Source: an uncultured bacterium (GTDB taxonomy: Bacteria > Acidobacteriota > Aminicenantia > Aminicenantales > Saccharicenantaceae). Taken from it: a stretch of DNA of 64,000 nt. Below, piece after piece: positions 57,962-64,000 of the stretch (within the stretch, counting starts at the first letter, position 1; every line of letters begins with the position of its first letter). The notes beneath the pieces were generated by a model. That model did not search any database, was not told the DNA's origin, and was given only the letters and a program-made list of their open reading frames with translations. The position numbers and the translations under genes are program-made. The stretch lies in NCBI GenBank assembly GCA_937920515.1, contig CALEUG010000015.1, forward strand, positions 251 to 64,250, read 5' to 3'.

Positions 57962-59739
57962 TGGGCAGGATAAGAGTCCTGGCGCCGGAAGTGGCCAGCA
58001 AGATTGCGGCCGGGGAGGTGGTGGAGCGGCCGGTGTCTGTGGTTAAAGAGCTGGTGGAAAACTCCCTTGATGCCGGGGCCTCTGAAATCAGGGTGGAGCT
58101 ACAGGACGGGGGAAAGAAGCTGATCCGGGTTCAGGATAACGGCTGCGGGATGACCCAGGAAGATGCGGCTTTATGTTTCAAACGCCATGCCACCAGCAAG
58201 ATAGCCACCGAGGCTGACCTGGAAAGAATTGCCACTCTTGGCTTCCGGGGAGAAGCCCTGGCCAGCATTGCGGCGGTTTCCAGGGTAACCCTGAAGACCG
58301 GTGACGGTTCGGGAGAAAAAGGTTTCCAGGTGGAAAGAGAGGGCGAAAAACTTCTTCGCTTTATAGAAAGTGCCTTTCCCCGAGGAACTCTGGTTGAAGT
58401 CAGGGACCTGTTTTTTAACCTGCCGGCCCGACGCAAATTTCTCCGGTCTGACCGGTCAGAGCTTAGCCTGGTGGCCAGTTACCTCACCACCACCGCTCTG
58501 GCTTTTCCGGAAGTAAAATTTATTCTCCTGCATAACCAGAAAGAACTGATCAACTGCCCGGCCGTCTCAGCCTTGAAGGAACGTGTTTACCAGTTGTTCG
58601 GAAAGCAAGTCCTGGATAGGTTGATGGACCTCGAATACGAGGAAGAAAATTACAGAATATCCGGCTTGAGTTCCAGGCCCTTTTCTGGTCGGCTCGACCG
58701 ACAGCACCAGTTTTTCTTCGTCAACCGCCGGCCGGTTAAAGACCGGATGTTGAGCGTTGCTTTCTCCCAGGCCTGCCTGGGGATGCTGGAAAAACAGAAA
58801 AATCCAGAAGGCTTTATCTTCCTGGAAATTCCTTATGAGCAGGTTGACGTCAACGTCCACCCGGCCAAATCCGAGGTAAGGTTCCGGGAACCGCAAAAGG
58901 TTTTCCGGTTAATTTTGAGGGCGGTGGAAATGGCTGCCCGCGAGGAAAGCCTGGTCAAGCCGATAATGGTGGGCCGGGAAAAAGAAGAGGAAGAAACCCC
59001 TGGTTCGGCCAGGTTAACTGGCCGGACAATCAGGCCGGGGGATAGGGTTTCCAGCAGCGTTTTTCCCGGAGCCGTTGCCGAACAGAAAGAACCGCTGCTG
59101 GTAGTTCCCGCGGAAAGGGCTCCCGCTAAAGCCAGGGCTATGGCCGAAATCAGCCCCGGGGGCCAGAAATCGCAGGTTGTGGTGCTCGGCCAGTATCTTG
59201 ACTCCTATATAATCGCCGTAACGCATGAAGCGGTTTTTATCATCGACCAGCACAACGCCCACGAGCGGATACTGTTTGAAAAATTCAGACAGCTGGAGAA
59301 AGACCGGGCCTGGGTTTCAAAGCAGGCACTTTTTCCCCGGGTGCTGGAGCTTACACCAAAACAGCAGGTTAATTACCAGAACAGGCAGCCGGAACTGGAT
59401 ACTCTGGGTTTCAGGCTGGAACCGATGGGCGGGCTGAGTTTTGCCCTGAAAGAATTTCCGGACGTTTTCCGGGAAGAAGAAGCTGCGGACATCCTGGCCT
59501 CGCTCCTGGAAGACGAAGAGGAAGGAAAATTCCAGAACCGGCGGGAAAAAATGATAGCCACCATGGCCTGCAGGGCGGCGGTCAAGGCCGGTCAGCCTCT
59601 AACCAGGGAAGAAATGGAATTCCTGGCATCCGAGCTCTTTTCTACCGGCAATCCCCAACTCTGTCCACACGGCCGACCGGTGGTCATAAGGCTTGACCGT
59701 TCCCGGATAGAAAGGACCCTCGGGCGTGAGCCGGAATGA
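57961..59739 (+). CDS. mutL: DNA mismatch repair protein MutL
   Basis: The GHKL ATPase N-terminus (AAGEVVERPVSVVKELVENSLDAGA) and a C-terminal dimerisation/endonuclease region are present. Confidence 0.9.
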   Translation: MGRIRVLAPEVASKIAAGEVVERPVSVVKELVENSLDAGASEIRVELQDGGKKLIRVQDNGCGMTQEDAALCFKRHATSKIATEADLERIATLGFRGEALASIAAVSRVTLKTGDGSGEKGFQVEREGEKLLRFIESAFPRGTLVEVRDLFFNLPARRKFLRSDRSELSLVASYLTTTALAFPEVKFILLHNQKELINCPAVSALKERVYQLFGKQVLDRLMDLEYEEENYRISGLSSRPFSGRLDRQHQFFFVNRRPVKDRMLSVAFSQACLGMLEKQKNPEGFIFLEIPYEQVDVNVHPAKSEVRFREPQKVFRLILRAVEMAAREESLVKPIMVGREKEEEETPGSARLTGRTIRPGDRVSSSVFPGAVAEQKEPLLVVPAERAPAKARAMAEISPGGQKSQVVVLGQYLDSYIIAVTHEAVFIIDQHNAHERILFEKFRQLEKDRAWVSKQALFPRVLELTPKQQVNYQNRQPELDTLGFRLEPMGGLSFALKEFPDVFREEEAADILASLLEDEEEGKFQNRREKMIATMACRAAVKAGQPLTREEMEFLASELFSTGNPQLCPHGRPVVIRLDRSRIERTLGREPE

Positions 59740-59855
59740 GCGCCGTTTTCACCGTCCCCTGTTAAATTGACAATTTAAGGTCCTTTCTGTTAACATTTTA
59801 GCTCACAACCAGGGCTGGCAGGCCCTGTTGCTCTTTGTTTTTTCTGACCCGGAAA

Positions 59856-59930
59856 CGGGGAGTGGCGCAGCCTGGTTAGCGCGCCTGCCTTGGGAGCAGG
59901 AGGTCGTCGGTTCAAATCCGATCTCCCCGA
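59856..59930 (+). tRNA. tRNA-Pro (anticodon UGG)
   Basis: A manual cloverleaf was built: 7-bp acceptor CGGGGAG/CUCCCCG, anticodon loop CUUGGGA and T-loop UUCAAAU. CCA is not encoded. Confidence 0.8.
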
Positions 59931-59952
59931 TTTTCTGATAGGTAGAAGCCGT

Positions 59953-60026
59953 GCGCCTGTAGCTCAGCAGGATAGAGCAGCTGCCTTCTAAGCAGCGGGT
60001 CGGGGGTTCGAATCCCTCCAGGCGCG
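59953..60026 (+). tRNA. tRNA-Arg (anticodon UCU)
   Basis: A manual cloverleaf was built: acceptor GCGCCUG/CAGGCGC, anticodon loop CUUCUAA and T-loop UUCGAAU. Confidence 0.8.
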
Positions 60027-60536
60027 TTTTTTATTTTCCCCTGTTTGTTGTTTACAGTTATTCCAGTCATCCCGGGATAAGGTTGACTCCGGCCGCAAAC
60101 TTCTTTTAAGTTAGATATTTCAATCTTACCGGTTCTTTCTGGTTCTGTGGATAATACAGGAAAATGAAAGCAAAACCTGATCCAATCGATTGTCCTGTTA
60201 GTCAGTTCGGGAAACCTTCCTCTGCAGGAGTTTTTTGCCTTCCGCTCCCGGGCAGCCAGAATGGAAAGCAGTTAAATAAGGCCTGGCGTTTGACGGGCCG
60301 GGAATGACCTGGTTTTTATCTGAAACTTTGTTAAGCGGGCGCCAGGCAAGAAATGCCTGCCTGTTATGCCCGGGGATGGCCAGGACCTCAGAACAGCCTT
60401 CCTGAAGTTGAGAGAAACGGGAAGGCCGCTAAATCAAACGATAACATCAAAAAAAGAGAAACAGCTGGACCTGACAGGTTAACGAAAAGGCTGGTGTTTA
60501 ATTATTTCAAAAGGCTTGCCCAGGCATAAGGAAGTA

Positions 60537-61652
60537 TCAGCTCCGGGCCAGCTGGTATCTTTCCCGGAGGACGTCAACGCAGGCGTCAACAGCCGGAGGG
60601 TCATAGGTCAGGCCGCGGTTAACCGTTATTTCCTGGATGACCTCTTGAGGGCTGAAGGCCGAGCGGTAAGGGCGGTGGGAGAGCATGGCTTCCACCACGT
60701 CGGCCACGGCCAGGATCCTGGCCATGGGGTGAATCTGGCCGTTCTTTAATCCCTGCGGATATCCCGAGCCGTCCATGCGCTCGTGGTGCTGGTAGATAAT
60801 ATCAGCCACCGGCCAGGGGAATTCGATGGTCCTGATGATTTCATAGCCCACCCGGGGATGGTTTTTGATCAGGCTGAATTCATGTTCGTTCAGGCGGCCG
60901 GGCTTGTTCAGGATTTCCGCCGGGACCGAGATTTTTCCCAGGTCGTGGACCAGGGCGGCCAGCCTGATTTCATCAATCTGCTCTGACGGCAGAAGTAACC
61001 TGGTGGCAATGGAGCGGGCCAGGTCGGAAACCCGGCGCTGGTGCCCGGCGGTATAGGGGTCTCTGGATTCCACCGTCAGGGAGATGGCCTGAATGGTTGC
61101 TGACATGGTCTTCCGGAGCTTTTCCAGTGTTTGGTTAAGTTCTTCCTCGGCCTTCTTCCTGGAGGTAATATCCCTCAGTATGGTCAGGGTCTGGTCCGGG
61201 TTTTCCTTGAGCCGGGAAGTGCTGGCCTCCACGTACCTGAGTTCGCCACTTCTCGTAATGAGACGAAATTCAACCAGCCGGGAATCTGAAGGAAGGCCTG
61301 GTTTGGCCAGGGCAGTCTTCCTGGCTGAAAACAGGTGCCGGTCTTCCGGGTGAACCAGCTTCAAGAAATTAAAAGAGTTAGAAAGAATTTCCTTCCCGGA
61401 ATAACCGGTGAGGTTTTCAAAGGCCTGGTTAACGAATTCAAAACCGCGTGAAGAAACGACGTAGATACTGTCCCGGGTGTTGTCGATTATGGCCTTGATT
61501 ATTTCTTGGCTGTTATTCTTGATGTCATCAGCGGTCATAACACCATATTCTCCCGCTTCCAACCTTTTAGTCGGCCAAGAGTGACAGAAGTTGAAAATTT
61601 TGTTGACCATCTTGAAAAAATTATCCTGCCGGATTAATATCTGTAAACGCAA
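60537..61652 (-). CDS. PAS-sensor HD-GYP domain phosphodiesterase (c-di-GMP signalling)
   Basis: HDLGKISVP…HHERMDGSGYP is the HD-GYP signature. An N-terminal PAS-like region is present. Confidence 0.75.
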   Translation of the reverse strand: MRLQILIRQDNFFKMVNKIFNFCHSWPTKRLEAGEYGVMTADDIKNNSQEIIKAIIDNTRDSIYVVSSRGFEFVNQAFENLTGYSGKEILSNSFNFLKLVHPEDRHLFSARKTALAKPGLPSDSRLVEFRLITRSGELRYVEASTSRLKENPDQTLTILRDITSRKKAEEELNQTLEKLRKTMSATIQAISLTVESRDPYTAGHQRRVSDLARSIATRLLLPSEQIDEIRLAALVHDLGKISVPAEILNKPGRLNEHEFSLIKNHPRVGYEIIRTIEFPWPVADIIYQHHERMDGSGYPQGLKNGQIHPMARILAVADVVEAMLSHRPYRSAFSPQEVIQEITVNRGLTYDPPAVDACVDVLRERYQLARS

Positions 61653-61884
61653 CGGTTAAAAAAATGGCGCAGAAGGGTTGATGCTATTGTAAGCAGGGAT
61701 TGTTCGAAGGTAGCCCCTATATGCCTCTTCAGGGGTGAGACAAAAAATGTTATTTTCACCCCCGGAATAGTCCTGGTCGAGGATTGACCGGGCAGGACAT
61801 CAAGCAGAAACTTGGTGGGCAATGGTAAAGGGCGAAATTTCCTTTGACAAATTTTGTCTTTGATGGTAGAAAGGTTTTTATAAA

Positions 61885-63621
61885 ATGGCTTCCAAACTCG
61901 GTGACATCCTGCTCAGGGAAAAAATTATTGATGCCGACCAGCTGAAGCAGGCTCTTGCCTATCAGAAGAAGAACAACCTGCCAGTCAGCTCAGCCCTGGT
62001 GGCCCTGGGATTTGTAACCGAGGAGGAAATTGCCCAGGCCCTGAGCCGGCAGCTGGGCTATCCCTACATTGACCTTGAACAGTTTGAAGTTTTTCCTGAA
62101 GTCATCAGCCTGATTCCCGCCGACGTGGCCAAGAAATATATGGTCATGCCCATCCACAAGATTAAGTCCTTCCTGACCCTGGCCATGGTCGACCCCACTG
62201 ATCTGGAAGTCATCGAAGATATAAGGTTCCGGACGTCGCTGAGCATCCAGCCGGTTATTTCAACCGAAACCGGGGTTATGAACGCCATCAATAAATATTA
62301 TGGTGTCAGCGACGCCCTGAAGGTTAAGAAACTCATCGAGGATATAGAGCTGGCCGATGAGGGCCGGGTCAATGTCATAGAGGAAACGGAACTTCGCGAG
62401 GATTATGACGTCACCGAACTGGAACAGGCCAGCAACGAGGCTCCCATCATCACTCTGGTCAACCAGACCTTTATCGACGCCATAAAAAAGGGGGCCAGCG
62501 ACGTTCATTTCGAGCCCTACGAGCAGCAGTTCCGCATCCGCTACAGGATAGACGGCGACCTCTACGAGATTGCCGACCTGCCGATGAAGTTCAAAAACCC
62601 GGTCCTGTCCAGGGTCAAGATCCTGGCCAACATGGACATCGCCGAAAAACGCCTGCCCCAGGACGGCCGTATCAAGATGCGGGTCAAGCTGGAAAACGGC
62701 AAGAAAAAGGAAGTGGACATGCGGGTCAGCTCGCTGCCCACCATGTTCGGCGAGAAAATCGTGGCCCGTATCCTGGACAAGGAAATGCTGCGGCTGGACC
62801 TGACCCAGTTAGGCTTTGAGCCGGAATCCCTGGAAATATTCCAGGAAGCCATCCACCGGCCGTGGGGCATCATCCTGGTCACCGGGCCAACCGGAAGCGG
62901 CAAGACCAACACCCTGTATTCGGCCATCTCCACCCTGAATACCCCCGATGTCAATATCATGACGGCCGAAGACCCGGTGGAATTCTACATTCCGGGGATC
63001 AACCAGGTGCAGATCAAGGAAGAAATCGGGCTGACTTTTGCCAGCGCCCTGAGGTCTTTCCTGCGCCAGGACCCGGACATTATGCTGGTCGGGGAAATCC
63101 GGGACTATGACACCATTGACGTGGCCATCAAGGCCGCCCTGACCGGCCACCTGGTTTTCTCCACCGTTCACACCAACGACGCTCCCAGCACCGTCAGCCG
63201 TTTGATAAACATGAACGTCGAACCCTTCCTGATAGCCGACTCGGTTATCCTGATTGTGGCCCAGAGGCTGGTGCGCCGCCTCTGCAAAAAATGCTGTGAA
63301 CCTCACGATCTGCCCAAGAGGGCCCTGCTGGACATGGGCTTCGGGGAAAACGAGGTGGACGACCTGCATATCTTCAAGGCCCGGGGCTGCGAGGCCTGCA
63401 ACAATACCGGCTATAAAGGCCGGACCGCTTTGTTTGAAGTCATGAAGATAACTGACGAAATAAAAGAGATGATACTCAACCGGTCGACCACCAGGGAAAT
63501 CAAGCGCCGGGCGATAGAGAATGGCATGATCACCCTGAGGAGGAGCGGCCTGATAAAAATCAAGAACGGCATTACCTCGGTTGAGGAAGTCCTGAGAGAA
63601 ACTGTCAGGGATTGGGATTAG
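61885..63621 (+). CDS. pilB: Type IV pilus / type II secretion assembly ATPase (PilB/GspE family)
   Basis: The N-terminal T2SSE_N domain, Walker A (VTGPTGSGKT) and the tetracysteine motif (CKKCC…CEAC) are present. Confidence 0.85.
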   Translation: MASKLGDILLREKIIDADQLKQALAYQKKNNLPVSSALVALGFVTEEEIAQALSRQLGYPYIDLEQFEVFPEVISLIPADVAKKYMVMPIHKIKSFLTLAMVDPTDLEVIEDIRFRTSLSIQPVISTETGVMNAINKYYGVSDALKVKKLIEDIELADEGRVNVIEETELREDYDVTELEQASNEAPIITLVNQTFIDAIKKGASDVHFEPYEQQFRIRYRIDGDLYEIADLPMKFKNPVLSRVKILANMDIAEKRLPQDGRIKMRVKLENGKKKEVDMRVSSLPTMFGEKIVARILDKEMLRLDLTQLGFEPESLEIFQEAIHRPWGIILVTGPTGSGKTNTLYSAISTLNTPDVNIMTAEDPVEFYIPGINQVQIKEEIGLTFASALRSFLRQDPDIMLVGEIRDYDTIDVAIKAALTGHLVFSTVHTNDAPSTVSRLINMNVEPFLIADSVILIVAQRLVRRLCKKCCEPHDLPKRALLDMGFGENEVDDLHIFKARGCEACNNTGYKGRTALFEVMKITDEIKEMILNRSTTREIKRRAIENGMITLRRSGLIKIKNGITSVEEVLRETVRDWD

Positions 63622-63631
63622 GAGGCATAAA

Positions 63632-64000
63632 TGGCAAAACCGATCTATGAACTGTTGAAAATTGCGGTGGAAGAGGATGCCAGCGACCTGCACATCACGG
63701 CCTACGTTCCGCCGCGGATCAGGGTCCACGGCAGGCTGAAAAATATTGACCATCCACCCCTGCAGCCGGGCGAAACCCAGGACCTGATTTACAGCATCCT
63801 CAACGACAAGCAGAAAAAAATCTTTGAAGAGAAGATGGAACTGGACCTGTCGTTCGGAATCAAGGAGCTGGGTCGGTTCCGGGTTAACGTTTTCAGGCAA
63901 AAAGGTTCGGTGGCCGCGGCTTTCAGGCGTTTCCTTCCGACCATGTGGAGCTTTGCCCAGCTGGGCATTCCCCAGCGGGTGGCTCAGCTCTGCTACCTGC
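63632..64000 (+). CDS. pilT: Twitching-motility ATPase PilT (partial; runs off the 3' end of the window)
   Basis: The N-terminus MAKPIYELLKIAVEEDASDLHI matches the PilT family. The frame is open to the window end. Confidence 0.8.

Noticed and set aside
62809-63900. 363-aa minus-strand ORF over pilB/pilT
   Set aside because: It is antisense to the Walker-A-containing PilB/PilT genes.

Overview
The window is a 64 kb stretch of a bacterial chromosome, about 55-60% GC, with three AT-rich (roughly 40% GC) islands at about 1-2100, 11000-14300 and 26700-28700. I cannot assign the organism from sequence alone. The housekeeping content is confidently recognisable. It comprises a complete A/V-type ATPase operon (H-I-K-E-C-F-A-B-D); purD-purE; mutL; tatA/tatC; a CtpA-like S41 protease; rpiB; ilvE; queF and queCDE; a Pat-type protein lysine acetyltransferase; a cobalamin riboswitch in front of a BtuB-like TonB-dependent receptor; tRNA-Pro(UGG) and tRNA-Arg(UCU); and pilB with the start of pilT. 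The accessory content is more interesting, and five loci stand out. The 5' end carries degenerate Rhs/YD-repeat core fragments in two near-identical copies; an ORF running off the window's 5' edge contains an HExxH motif, and a small-ORF/nucleotidyltransferase pair plus an AbiEi/AbiEii module sit at the repeats. An AT-rich island encodes two 6-bladed beta-propeller (NHL-like) lipoproteins, one of them disrupted at a G8 tract, together with a 92-aa signal-peptide-bearing peptide with 7 Cys and a TlpA-like thioredoxin-fold protein. A second AT-rich island holds a Type II restriction-modification pair. A DMT-family transporter sits inside the preQ0/preQ1 (que) gene cluster. Directly downstream of the V-ATPase operon, behind a near-consensus sigma70 promoter, lies a four-gene cluster of two D-Ala-D-Ala-ligase-like ATP-grasp enzymes, a GNAT and a KamA-family lysine 2,3-aminomutase. 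This last cluster is my best candidate for an undescribed beta-lysine-derived small-molecule or peptide pathway. No CRISPR array was seen. Many long ORFs in the six-frame track are antisense shadow ORFs typical of high-GC DNA and were rejected.
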